The notes under the pieces were generated by a model. It saw only the letters and a list, made by a program, of their open reading frames with translations, ran no database searches and was not told the DNA's origin. Shown piece after piece: positions 42,033-53,125 of a stretch of 64,000 bases of DNA. The number at the start of each line of letters is the position of its first letter. The stretch's first letter is position 1. This stretch comes from an uncultured Methanoregulaceae archaeon (lineage in GTDB: Archaea; Halobacteriota; Methanomicrobia; Methanomicrobiales; Methanospirillaceae): the NCBI GenBank assembly GCA_963737635.1, contig CAVTTL010000001.1, positions 1,312,001 through 1,376,000 of the forward strand, written 5' to 3'. Both the position numbers and the translations under genes were made by a program.

Positions 42033-43652
42033 TCAAGTCAATTGGTGCACCGGTGCATCTTTTCTCATGAGCGTACCGGTCACGAGGTCGCGGGCCGTGA
42101 CGCGCAGTTTTCTTTCCCGGTCGAGCGTGAACGTCAGCTCGAACCGCGGTTCGCCTCTCATCGCCGGCGGATCGGCGATGAGTAATGTAGGCGCCTGTGT
42201 GTTTACCAGGATCGGCCTGCTACCGATGCCGGAATCTCCTTGGGGCCCGACAAGACGAACTCCACCGGCAGTGTCCGAGACGAGCTCAAGTGAAAGCGCA
42301 TGCGCATCCGGCGAGCTCCTGATCTCGTACACAGGGATCCCGAGCCGGGTCTGGCCATCGTAGGCGGCACTGATGGTGACGCGGGCGACTTGGCCTGCGC
42401 TCGGGTAGGGGGCCCCGGAACGCACAAGGAACCGGTACCGGTGCTCCCGGCTTTTTGAGTCCCAGTACCGGAGCGCATAATCGTTTTTGATTTGGGAAGG
42501 TAAAATTGTACGAGGCAGAAAAAGTGCAGTTCCGCGGGCAATGGCATCGAACGGATGATCGGACAGTACAGGTATTCCCGCGTATTTTTTTTTCACGATA
42601 TTCTGGACGGCAGGTATCGCACAACCACGGCCGGTCATCAGGATCGCGACAGGCAGTATCTCTCCGTATCCGTGGGAGGTGGCAGCTGCCCGCGCACAGG
42701 TGATAGTACAATCCAGGATTGACTCAACCCCATGCTCCTTTAGGATCCGGCCAACATCATCCCGGGAAACTCTGACCGGGACCGTTGTTCCGGAAGGCGG
42801 ATCTTCAATCTGGATGATAGCATTGTCTTCAGATGTCAGTTGTCCGTACAGCTCCCCGATCCTGTCATTAATCCCATCACGTAACCTCTTGTTTTTTACT
42901 CCGGTGAACTTTCTGTTGTTCCGGGCGAGTACATCCTGCGCAATCCAGCCATCGACTGCTTTACATCCTGTATTATCGGAAGCAGTACCAATCACCTGCG
43001 GTCCCCTGTCCGGTGCATCATCGAAAAGTACGAAGCGTGCGGTGAAGTCTGTCTCATCCCAGCAGATAATGAGATATACATGCCCTGCTTCCGGAGATAC
43101 CCCGTACCCGGCAACGATGGCAGCCGGTTCGGTGAGCGTGTGCCAGGACCTGATGCCTTGAGCATGAGCAATACCTCCAAGCCATTCGGTGTACCATCCC
43201 GGCGCGTCCGTGGGAATGGCAAAGACCGCCGATGAACACCCGGGATACTCCCGCGTCGCCCGGGCTATAACGGCAGCAAGGAAATCCGCTGCTGCATCGT
43301 GGAATGTGATCCAACGGTCCGCACCGATCGGGATCCGCACCGGGCTTTCCTCCAGCAGGTATCTCCGGATCCATCGCGCGGTTGCGGGATGATCGGCATT
43401 TCCCGCACGCACCACTTCGTCGCCGATGGTCTGGCCCCCATCCTGATCATAATGGATCAATACTGGCACTATGTGGACCGATCTGCCGGTTCCCGCGCCG
43501 GGTACTTCCTGCGACAAGCCGGGAAACTTCTGGGTGTTATACTTGCCATCGTTCCGTATTGAAATGCCGATAACTAGCGAACCGACCCCGAAGTCTATCC
43601 CAAGGCGAACTGCCGGTCTGGGGGATTGTGCGTACCTGCCCACCATGGTCAC
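42033..43652 (-). CDS. Divergent Hsp70-family protein
   Basis: LGIDFG, LTEPAA, MTGRG..IP.VQ, DAIARG, RFELTFTLD..L.VTARDL; phosphate-2 motif degenerate; no lid. Confidence 0.75.
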   Translation of the reverse strand: MTMVGRYAQSPRPAVRLGIDFGVGSLVIGISIRNDGKYNTQKFPGLSQEVPGAGTGRSVHIVPVLIHYDQDGGQTIGDEVVRAGNADHPATARWIRRYLLEESPVRIPIGADRWITFHDAAADFLAAVIARATREYPGCSSAVFAIPTDAPGWYTEWLGGIAHAQGIRSWHTLTEPAAIVAGYGVSPEAGHVYLIICWDETDFTARFVLFDDAPDRGPQVIGTASDNTGCKAVDGWIAQDVLARNNRKFTGVKNKRLRDGINDRIGELYGQLTSEDNAIIQIEDPPSGTTVPVRVSRDDVGRILKEHGVESILDCTITCARAAATSHGYGEILPVAILMTGRGCAIPAVQNIVKKKYAGIPVLSDHPFDAIARGTALFLPRTILPSQIKNDYALRYWDSKSREHRYRFLVRSGAPYPSAGQVARVTISAAYDGQTRLGIPVYEIRSSPDAHALSLELVSDTAGGVRLVGPQGDSGIGSRPILVNTQAPTLLIADPPAMRGEPRFELTFTLDRERKLRVTARDLVTGTLMRKDAPVHQLT

Positions 43653-46452
43653 CCGGCAATCTGGATATCGTACATTCCGGCGTCCCGGTATGTCGGGCAG
43701 AGTTCAATCTCGTTTTGGAATCTGATGGATAACAGATTACAGAGAAATCTCCACTGGTTCGTCGTGGCATTCGTGCCGGTTGCCTGCTCCTGTTCCCGTG
43801 CGAGAGCAAGGTCAGCAAGGGTAGTCTGTGAAAGGGGCCGCATAAAGGGAACCCGGAAAACATGGATCATCCCATCTATGCCGCTGGTGACAATGCAGTC
43901 TCCACTCTTTATGGCAGCGATTCCGGTGACTGCACCTGCGTGAGCCGGGATGGTCCGGATCAGGAAGTGCCCGTAGAGAGCATAGAACGCAAGGGCGCCA
44001 TGGTTATATCCTGCCGCTATTGCGAGCCCGTCATCAGTGAACGTGAGGGTAGTCGGCCTTCCCGGGATCTGCGGGATCGTCCCGGCGGCGGTTCCTTCAG
44101 GTAGATGGTATAGCCGTATTACGGGATCGGCACCCGCTGCGGCAAGGAAGGTACCATCCCGGGAAATAGCGCAGGCGCTCACTTCATGTTTGGCATCCCG
44201 GAGAACGATACTTTTCTTTTCCCCGTTAAGCTGCCAGATCCTGAGGGTCGTGTCGTTACTCCCGGTCACAAAAAGGCGTCCTTGTGGGTCAATGCAGCAG
44301 CAGGTTATATTGCTCGAATGACCGAGCAGCGTAGCTATCGGTTTCCCACCGGATATACCCCGGATCCTCACTGCTCCGTCCCAGCCGCAGGATATGAATG
44401 TCTCTGTATCCGGTAAGAAAGCAAGGCACCTAGCGGTGGTTGTAAGACTTTCGCATGTGGCAACAAGGCCGCCTTTTGCAAGGTCCCAGATACGGAGACT
44501 TCTGTCTTTCCCGGCACAGGCAAAATATTCCCTGTCAGGGCTGACCGCAAGTGCCCTGACTGACGGCGTGTACACATCAATAGATCTGACAAGGGTGCCG
44601 TCTTCCCGGGAGAAAATGCAAACCCTGCCGTCCGTAGTCCCGGCGACTATTCCGTTGCCAGCCGCGCCGGATGTGAGGGAAAAGGCGGTTACCGCACCGG
44701 CCGGCGCCGGAGTGTACGGAGCAGTTCACCGGAGGGAATGCTTCGGAGGGTGACGGTGCCATCCCCTCCCGCGCTGGCAAGCAGTTTTCCGTCAGGAGAG
44801 ATGACACAGGCAGTAACTGTTTGTCTATATCCCCGGAATTCTTTTATCCGCAGCCTTTCAGGAACGCTGAAAAAGTATATGGTGCCCTCGTTGCAACCGG
44901 CAATCGCCAAAATGCCGTCAGGTGTAAAGGCACAGCATGTCGGAAGGCGGTTGTAAAAGGGGAGTTCTGCTGTCGGGTTCTTCTCTGTCCAGTTCCAGAA
45001 CCGGAGTACGTGATCATTGCTACCGATTGCGGCCCTGCGGTTTTCTGCCGATATCGCGTGGCAGCTGGGATGACCGGAGAACGTGGTGAATGTTCTCACG
45101 GTGATGCCGCTGTTTCCGTCTTTAAGTACGGGGAGGAAACGTTCATACACCACGAAAAGTCTGATCGGCCTGTTCTGTGTACGCGAGAGCCCGGATTGCG
45201 TCACCCGTGCCCGATACGGTCCATGTCTCCACTCCGCTTACAGTGTCTTGGCAGCGGATGGTCCCGTCAGCATAACCACAAGCAATGCTCTTACCCCCAT
45301 GGGCAGGGGAAATGGCAACGACCCGGGAAGGGTGCCCCTGAACTGCCAGCAGCGTTTTACCTGTCCGGCACGCGATGCGGATCGTCTTTCCGCTACTATC
45401 CCCGGCAATAATCTCCTCGCCGTTACCTGACATTGCCACACAGGAAATGGAATGGTCTTTATCAGCGTACGACCAGACTGTGTTTCCTTGGGGAATGCCG
45501 TAGCAGGTGAGCGTGCCGTCGTTCCCTCCGGAGATGATGTAAGAATTGTCAGGTGTGATCGCAAGAAAACCGATGGGTCCGGCGTTTGTGGTGATGGACG
45601 TAATGAGCCGGGCTGATGAGACCTGCCAGATTTCCATCTTCCCGTCGCTGTCAGCCGGCTGCGAGGAGTGTGCCGTCGCGGGAGAATGCAAGATTCAGGC
45701 ACTGGCTATCCTGATTTCCCATTGATACGAGGGGTTTTTCTGACATTGGGGGGATCCACGCTTCCGGCGAGCTCGCGGATCAATTCCTCAAAGACTTGGC
45801 CTTCATCACCACCCGGTCTCCAGCCAGCGATCTTCATGGAGTTCAGTGCCGCGATTGCAAGTGACAGTGGCGCACAAACGACCAGCTGCCACAAGACATC
45901 CCATGCCCGATCTTCGGTCAGGCCTGAGATGACCGCCTCCCACTCGCCATACGACCATCTACGGGCACCACGTGCCGGATCCGTTCCCATCAGTGCACAT
46001 GCAAGAATCCCGCCCATGCCGGTACCGGAGGAATAGTGGAGCGCCCGGGTTTTGATCCTGTCCGGTGCTGCGGCATACCCGCGGGCGAGAAAAGGATGAT
46101 AGGGGTCAGGATCAAGTCGGCACAATGCCTCATGCTGTCCGGTAATATACAAGAAGAGCGCCCGCAATCCCGGCTCCGAGGGAGTATATCCTCTGTCTGT
46201 TGCAATTTTTTCAAGTAACGGATCCTGATGGATCAACACCTCGTTACAGAACACATCGATTGCGTCCGGTGATGAAAGGGCGCCCAAGGTATTGAACGCG
46301 ATCTCCTGTGAATACGCATATGAGTCCGCTCTGGCAAGAGCGGTGAGTTCGCGGACTGCCTCTAGGTTCCCGCTCTTTACCTTATCAATAACGCCGCTCA
46401 ACCGCCGGTACAATAAGGGGCCGATAACCGGAAATGTGGGGGCGATCTTCAT
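43649..46452 (-). CDS. Large WD40-repeat protein with N-terminal helical (HEAT-like) region; about 4 frameshifts
   Basis: Many GH..V...SPDG..L.S.S.D.T.R.W repeats distributed over ORFs 45143-45691, 44689-45204, 44577-44807, 43649-44575; ATGA overlaps at both ends. Confidence 0.8.
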
Positions 46453-48018
46453 AAAGGTTCACGAGCGCCTGCGTCGAATGTCTCCAGCACAATGGTTTTC
46501 CCATTCCCTGAATGTCGCGCGGCTGCCCGCGATGCAGACTGCGCCCGCCCCTCGGCGAGCCAGGCCCGGAGTACCGCCACCGTCTCCCGCTGCGAGACGG
46601 AAAGAGGCACCTGCGTCTTTATGCAGCAGAGGATATCAGCGGTCGTGACCCGGCGCATGTTTTCGCTGAACGCTTGGTACATTGCGTCGATGATTGTCTG
46701 TTCGATCTCGGCTCCGACATATCCTTCGCTCTCCTGTGCAAGGATATCAAGGTCGAACTCCGTGGGGACACACTTGCGTTTCTTGAGGTGTACAGCGAAG
46801 ATCTCGCGCCGTTCTTCAAGGGTGGGCAGGTCGAGGAAGAAGATCTCGTCGAAACGCCCCTTCCTCAGTAGTTCCGGTGGAAGGGCGGCGATATTGTTCG
46901 CCGTCGCTACCACGAAGCAGGGGGAAGTCTTGTCCTGCATCCATGTGAGGAGATGGGCAAAGACCCGCTGGCTCGTGCCGGCATCCCCGCTGCCAAACGC
47001 GAACGCTTTCTCGATCTCGTCCACCCAGAGAATGCATGGGCTGATCGTCTCGGCAAGCGACAGCGCGCGGCGTGTTCTCTCCTCGGATTCACCGACAAGG
47101 CTGCCAAAGAGCGCCCCCACGTCGAGCCTGAGCAGGGGCAGGTGCCAGAGATCCGCAATCATCTTTGCGGTGAGGCTTTTACCCGTGCCCGGGATGCCGA
47201 TCAGCGCGATGCCTTTGGGTACCGGGAGTCCGAAGTCTCGGGCATCCTGCGTGAACGCCCGCTCGCGCAGGAAAAGCCAGTCCTTGAGAACCGCGAGGCC
47301 TCCGACGTTCTCCAGGGTCTCAGTATAACTGTAAAACTCCAGCGCGTCCGAGGCGCTCAGGATGTCTTTCTTGTCTGCGATGATCGCATCGATGTCCCGG
47401 TCATCCAGGGTACCGTGGGTGACGATCGCCTTTGAGAATGCCCGGCGTGCCTGATTGAGGGTCATGCCAAGGGCTGCCTGAATGATCTTTTCACGACCGG
47501 CAGGCGAAAGCGAACAGGTGATACCGCTTGTGGCGAGCAGGGTGTTGAGGTCTGCAGAGAGCTCGGCCGCTGTGGGTGGAGGGAAATGCACAATTACTGC
47601 CTCGTCCCGGATTTCTTCCGGTACCCGGGTGGTCGGTGTCAGGATCACGATCGTGCGCCGGTTGTACCGGAAAGCCTGGGAGAAATTACGGATGCGTCGT
47701 TTCACCTGGGGGTTGTTCCAGGTACTCGTGGAAATCCTTGAGGATAATAACGGCATCGTCGCCCGTCTTGACGATGTTGTCAAGCGCCGCGAGCGGATCC
47801 CGCGACTGGTTCAGGAAATTCTTATTGCCGGCGATGACAGAAAATCCGTCAACGCTGTCCCACGCAATGCACTGGCGGGGAGGATCCCAGCTCTCGCAGA
47901 CGTTCTGGATTTGTGATACCACTCGTTCTTCTTCCGGGGTGATCACGACGATCAGGGTGACCCGGGCCCGAAGCGAGACGTTGAGCCTGCGGGAGAAATC
48001 GGGTTCGGCAAGATTCAT
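46449..48018 (-). CDS. Ycf46-like AAA+ ATPase; frameshift near 47730
   Basis: N-terminal T.EE.R..WD..G..ILKDFH domain; VGGL..LK.W, GIPGTGKS, ILWVDEIEK, TAN, LLRKGRFDEIFF. Confidence 0.88.
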
Positions 48019-48021
48019 AGC

Positions 48022-48420
48022 CTATTTCCACCTCCTGACAACGATGCGCACGGTTCCGTCAATCTCTTCGGTCTCGGAGACAAGGTCAAAGCCATTCGCA
48101 GCAGTCTGTTTGAGTACCATTTTTCTAGCGTATTCTTTCTGGATTGTTTCCGCCTGTTGTTTCAATTCTTCGGCAATCTTTTTCTCGTTTTTTCCTGAAA
48201 TTCCCCACCAGTCCGCGACAAGGTCGTACGTGCCGTCAGGGTTCTTGACAAAGCCAAGCCCGTACGCTTTGTTTGTTTTCGCGGCTATGTCCACGTTGTG
48301 TTGGCCGTGATATCCTTTGATTGTGGTATTGTTTTCAACTGTGTAGCCGAGTTCCTGTAGGCATTGGATCAGTGCCTCGTGATGCCTGAATGTCGTCTTG
48401 ATACGGCTGAAATGCGAGAT
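48022..48420 (-). CDS. DUF1257 (Ycf35-like) protein
   Basis: Frame extends upstream of the called ORF to (I)SHFSRIKT..ALIQCL.ELGY..GF...DG.YDLVADWW..Q.Y; start is ATC 48420, or ATG 48428 if one base is missing. Confidence 0.85.
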   Translation of the reverse strand: MSHFSRIKTTFRHHEALIQCLQELGYTVENNTTIKGYHGQHNVDIAAKTNKAYGLGFVKNPDGTYDLVADWWGISGKNEKKIAEELKQQAETIQKEYARKMVLKQTAANGFDLVSETEEIDGTVRIVVRRWK

Positions 48421-48424
48421 GGTG

Positions 48425-49047
48425 TCATCCCCCCCGGAAGCAGGAGGCGAGCTGCCGAATCATATGTTTACAGGGAAAACCGGTGATCGTAGCAATACCG
48501 CCGGGTGCAATAGAAAATTCAACCGTTTCACCGTGCGCTTGAGTGCACACATCACCGCGGATGTTTCCGGTCAGCGGAATAATCTGCTGGTTTGACGACC
48601 CGATGTACGGGCTATCGCAGGGCAGGATGTTTACATACGGGCCGGCGATGAGAAGATCCGTGATCTCCAAGAGCCGGTGCCAAGCAGGATCAGTGCTCGA
48701 TGTAAGTTGTTCGTACGTGTATCCCGTATATGTCACGACCGTTCGCCTTGCTCTCCGGATCCGCTCTCCCACATATGCAAGTGCATCTGCCTGTGCGAAG
48801 GGCTCTCCTCCGGAGAACGTGGCGCCATCGATATCTTTGATGCCAAGGATCCGCCGGTGATCTCGTCAGCAGAAACCATATGGACAGGAGAAGACGACCA
48901 GAGTGCCGGGTTGAAACACTCTTTACACCGGATCGGGCACCCCTGCACCCAGATGACGGCCCGGATGCCGGGACCGTTTGCGGTTGACCTCGCAAGAAAA
49001 CCCGCGAGGTTGAGTTCTCTCCTGCGTCGGCATCCGTGATCGTTCAT
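48425..49047 (-). CDS. NrdG-like radical SAM (activating-enzyme family) protein; frameshift near 48855
   Basis: NGPGIRAVIWVQGCPIRCKECFNP, TFSGGEPFAQ, YTGY, D.LIAGPY, GSSNQ. Confidence 0.85.
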
Positions 49048-49353
49048 CTGATGCACCATCATTTTTCCGCCACTACGTCTTGGCTGCTGAAATGATTTCC
49101 GGTTTGTGTGATCGGTGTATCTTATAGTATCACCTAACTATTCCCGGAATGAAAATTACCCTTGGGGACGTGCAAATTAGCATACTTATGAGATACAATC
49201 TGACTATACAGGTTCGATTTTTACCTTTTAATAAGCACTGTTCCGGAGTTTTGGAATTCATAAGGATTTCGATCAGGAAATGCAGGGATGCGCGCAGGAT
49301 CAGATCCCGTTTTCCCGCTCTCTTATAACCATTCGGTAACAATAGATCCGGCA

Positions 49354-50364
49354 GTGAAGGCGACATTTGATGGCACTTCGGTGCTGATCGGTAGAGACGG
49401 GCGGGTGTTGTACGACCAGAGTGGATACGGGCGTCCCGAAGGCGAAGGGGTACGCCTTGCACCGCAGGAAGCATTGTACCTGTTGCACCGCCAGAAGATC
49501 GAAGTCGATGACTATACGTTCGATACCCTTCTTTCCGAATACGCGGACCAGCCCAACTTCCTGCGCAGGTTTCTTGTGTACCGCGATCTACGGGAACGCG
49601 GGTATGTCGTCCAGACCGGTCCCCATGATTACCGGGTATTCCGGCGCGGCGAAAAACCGGGGACCGGGGAATCGCTCTACCTCGTCCGCGTCCTCTCGGA
49701 ACGCGATCCGATCCGGTTTACCAAGTTGATTGAGGAAGTGGTCACGGCAAGAAATATGCGCAAGCAGTATGTCCTCGCGGTTGTCGACGATGAAGAAGAA
49801 CTGACCTATTACGAGATCAAGCTCCAGAAACTGACCGGCTCCGAACTTCCTGCACCTGAAACCGGCACCTGCGATGCAGTGCTGGTAGGCAAGTCTGCGA
49901 TGATCCGGGTACCCCCGCAGTCCGATCTGGAAAAGGCCGGCTTTGGGAAACGGTTAGACGAGGAGCGGCTCATGCTCTCGCCGGTCGAGCTCCTGTACCT
50001 TGCAGGGAGGGGGCTCGTCCGCATTACAAAAGACGGCACTTCTCTGACCGTGGAAGAATTTTTTGCAGCCGCTAAAGAAAGCGACCAGGAACTTGCCGCA
50101 AAAGACAAGGTTTATACCGAGCTGCGCCGGCATGATTTCATTCCCCGGACCGGCTACAAGTTTGGCCATCATTTCCGGGTGTACTGCGGAAAGAATGTGC
50201 ACTCGGATATGCTGGTACATGCAATAGAAAAAGAGGCCGTACTTCCCATGAGTGTCATCTCCCGATCGGTTAGGATGGCGCACAGTGTCAAAAAGAAGAT
50301 GTTGTTTGGCTGTGTACATATCACCGGAATCCAGTTCGTCGAATTCGCGCGGATAAAACTTTGA
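49354..50364 (+). CDS. endA: tRNA-splicing endonuclease (alpha2, two-unit type)
   Basis: Two repeats, VYRDLRERGY and RTGYKFGHHFRVY..H..R.AHSVKK; GTG start. Confidence 0.93.
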   Translation: MKATFDGTSVLIGRDGRVLYDQSGYGRPEGEGVRLAPQEALYLLHRQKIEVDDYTFDTLLSEYADQPNFLRRFLVYRDLRERGYVVQTGPHDYRVFRRGEKPGTGESLYLVRVLSERDPIRFTKLIEEVVTARNMRKQYVLAVVDDEEELTYYEIKLQKLTGSELPAPETGTCDAVLVGKSAMIRVPPQSDLEKAGFGKRLDEERLMLSPVELLYLAGRGLVRITKDGTSLTVEEFFAAAKESDQELAAKDKVYTELRRHDFIPRTGYKFGHHFRVYCGKNVHSDMLVHAIEKEAVLPMSVISRSVRMAHSVKKKMLFGCVHITGIQFVEFARIKL

Positions 50365-50397
50365 AATCTCTCTCAAAATTTCCCCTAATCTAGTCCT

Positions 50398-51669
50398 GTG
50401 AGTGAACCCGGTATGCCAGAATCTTCGATCAATCCATGGTCAAGCACCCCCTCTCTCGACATTGAAAAGACATTTGCCGAGTTTGGCATCGACCCGATCG
50501 CCCCGGTGCTTTCCGAATTGCCCGAGATCCCGTACTTCATGCGACGCGGTATTGTGGTAGGTCAGCGTGACTACCTCCCGATAGCCCGCGCGATACGGAA
50601 CCACACGCCGTTTCATCTCCTGACCGGGTTTATGCCAAGCGGCCACCCGCATCTCGGTCACCTCATGCTTATGAAGGAAGTGGTCTGGCATGTGCAGCAG
50701 AGTGCAAACGGGTACGTGACGATTGCCGACCGGGAAGCCTATGCGGTGAGGGGCCTTTCCTGGGAAAAATGCCGGGAATATGGGAAAGAGTACCTTTCCT
50801 GCCTCTATGCTCTGGGTTTCAAGGGAGAGACCTATTTCCAGAGCAAAAACGACCGGCTCAAGGACCTTGCGTTCGAGGCAGCGACAAAAGTGAATTTTTC
50901 CGAACTTACCGCAATCTATGGGTTTTCTCCGGAGACAGCGCTTGCCCATGCGGATAGCGTCGTTACTCAGGTGGCAGATATCCTGTTCCCGCAGGTCGAG
51001 AGAGAACCGGCCCCGACGTTAGTCCCGGTGGGAATTGATCAGGACCCCCATATCCGGCTAACCCGGGGGATCGCCCACAAGTTCCGGATGTTCACGGTCG
51101 AGGAGCGCGATGGGTACATCAGCGTGCGGTCGAAGAATGCCCCCGAAGCGGCGCTGGACGCGATCAAAAAGGCGTTTCCCCATGCGAAAAAATACGAAGG
51201 CCACGTAGACATCAAGGAGGCAGAATGCGCCGATGTCAGTGCAAAGGCCAGGGAGATTGAGCGAGCCTGTGGCGGGTATGCATTCTATACACCCTCATCC
51301 ACGTATCACATCTTCCTGCCCGGCCTTACCGGTGGCAAGATGTCATCCAGTATTCCCGAGAGCCTGATTACCTTTTTCGAGCCGGAGGCGGCGGTGCGAA
51401 AAAAAGTGATGAGCGGTCTTACCGGTGGCAGGATGACGCTTGAAGAGCAGCGACGGCTTGGCGGTGAACCGGAAAAGTGCACGCTCTTCCTGCTCAACAT
51501 GTTCCATATGGTGACCGACGATGCAAAACTTGCGGAGCTTCGGCGCAAGTGCCGGACGGGCGAGATCACCTGCGGGCAGTGCAAGAAGGAGACCGCAGAC
51601 CGAGTCGTGGCATTTTTAAAAGACTTCAAGGAGAAGATAGACGTGGCAGCAGAGACAATCGAGGTATGA
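50398..51669 (+). CDS. trpS: Tryptophanyl-tRNA synthetase
   Basis: TGFMPSG.PHLGH, Q.ADIL, VG.DQDPH, KMSSS. Confidence 0.95.
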   Translation: MSEPGMPESSINPWSSTPSLDIEKTFAEFGIDPIAPVLSELPEIPYFMRRGIVVGQRDYLPIARAIRNHTPFHLLTGFMPSGHPHLGHLMLMKEVVWHVQQSANGYVTIADREAYAVRGLSWEKCREYGKEYLSCLYALGFKGETYFQSKNDRLKDLAFEAATKVNFSELTAIYGFSPETALAHADSVVTQVADILFPQVEREPAPTLVPVGIDQDPHIRLTRGIAHKFRMFTVEERDGYISVRSKNAPEAALDAIKKAFPHAKKYEGHVDIKEAECADVSAKAREIERACGGYAFYTPSSTYHIFLPGLTGGKMSSSIPESLITFFEPEAAVRKKVMSGLTGGRMTLEEQRRLGGEPEKCTLFLLNMFHMVTDDAKLAELRRKCRTGEITCGQCKKETADRVVAFLKDFKEKIDVAAETIEV

Positions 51670-51675
51670 GGGGCG

Positions 51676-53124
51676 ATGGCAGAACTGACGTTAAACGAGA
51701 AGAGACTACTTGGGGCACTTGCAAAGGAGACGGCGACGGACGCAGGACACCTTGCTTCAGTTCTTAATGCCACTCCGGAAGCAGTCGTACAGTGGGCGCA
51801 CCTTGCCGAAGACAAAGGGCTTGCAAAGGTCGAGCGGATTGTAGAGAAAAAAATTATGCCGACAGCCGAAGGTGAACAGTATGTCTCATCGAACCTCCCT
51901 GAGACCCAGATTTTAGCAGTGATACACCCAGGCGCGATACTCGCGGATCTTCAGGGACATCCTGCATTCAAAATAGGTTTCGGCCAATTGCGAAAAAAAG
52001 GACTCATCCATGTTGATGGGTCAACGGTAATAAAAAATGAAACGAAGTCGACCAACGCGGAAGAATTTGCACTGCGCAATCCGGTTTCCGGTGAACAGAA
52101 TACAAGAGAACTGATCAAGCGCGGGATCCTCGTAGAATCCGAGACGGTCCGGTATGCCATTTCCATTACTCTTGAGGGGATCGCTCTTGTAACTCAGGGC
52201 CTTGATCTCCGCGAAGAGATCGGCACCCTGATCCGGGACCAGATCCTTTCCGGTGCTTGGAAGACGGCAAATCTGCGTAAGTATGATGTCAAAAAACTGC
52301 CAAAAACCGTTTACCCGGGAAAATCCCACCCGTACCAGAGGCTCATAGACGAGATGCGCCAGATCCTTCTGGAGATGGGTTTTACCGAGATGCACGGGGA
52401 GATTGTGCAGAGCGCATTCTGGAACTTCGACGCGCTCTTCCAGCCTCAGGATCACCCGGCCCGTGAAATGCAGGATACTTTTTACCTCAAAGAGGAAGTA
52501 CCGCTTCCTCAAGGCTGGGAGTGCCTCCGCGACATGCACGAGCATGGCGGGAACACCTCTTCGACCGGCTGGGGCGGCAAATGGAACCCAAAAAAGGCGC
52601 AGCAATGCGTGCTCCGGACCCATACTACAAGCCTTTCGATCCAGTATCTTGCCGCGCACCCGGAGCCGCCGGTTAAGGCGTTCTGTATCGGAAGGGTCTA
52701 CCGCCGCGAAGCAATCGATCCCACCCACACGCCGGAGTTCGAACAGCTCGAAGGGATCGTTATGGACAAAGGCGTGACATTCCGACACCTGCTCGGCTTT
52801 TTGAAAGAATTCTACCAGAGAATGGGATTTTCGGACGTGCGGTTCCGGCCCGGTTTTTTCCCGTACACGGAGCCCTCGGTAGAACCCGAGATCTGGGTTG
52901 ACAGTCTTGGCTGGGTTGAGATGGGTGGTGCCGGTGTTTTCCGGCAGGAAGTCACCGATCCGTGGGGTGTGAAGTGCCCGGTACTCGCGTGGGGCCTTGG
53001 GGTAAGCCGGGTCGCGATGTTGCGTCTGGGCTTAAAGGACCTGCGGCAGTTGTACCAGAGCGACCTCGAATGGATCAGGAATAGCCCCGTGCGTGCCCCG
53101 GGAGCATCCGGGAGGAAGGCATAG
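51676..53124 (+). CDS. pheS: Phenylalanyl-tRNA synthetase alpha subunit
   Basis: [43 protein letters not shown]. Confidence 0.97.
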   Translation: MAELTLNEKRLLGALAKETATDAGHLASVLNATPEAVVQWAHLAEDKGLAKVERIVEKKIMPTAEGEQYVSSNLPETQILAVIHPGAILADLQGHPAFKIGFGQLRKKGLIHVDGSTVIKNETKSTNAEEFALRNPVSGEQNTRELIKRGILVESETVRYAISITLEGIALVTQGLDLREEIGTLIRDQILSGAWKTANLRKYDVKKLPKTVYPGKSHPYQRLIDEMRQILLEMGFTEMHGEIVQSAFWNFDALFQPQDHPAREMQDTFYLKEEVPLPQGWECLRDMHEHGGNTSSTGWGGKWNPKKAQQCVLRTHTTSLSIQYLAAHPEPPVKAFCIGRVYRREAIDPTHTPEFEQLEGIVMDKGVTFRHLLGFLKEFYQRMGFSDVRFRPGFFPYTEPSVEPEIWVDSLGWVEMGGAGVFRQEVTDPWGVKCPVLAWGLGVSRVAMLRLGLKDLRQLYQSDLEWIRNSPVRAPGASGRKA

Positions 53125-53125
53125 C

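Noticed and set aside
46492-47328. Long antisense ORFs (also 36376-37239, 52021-52788, 61980-62918)
   Set aside because: Shadows of well-supported genes on the opposite strand
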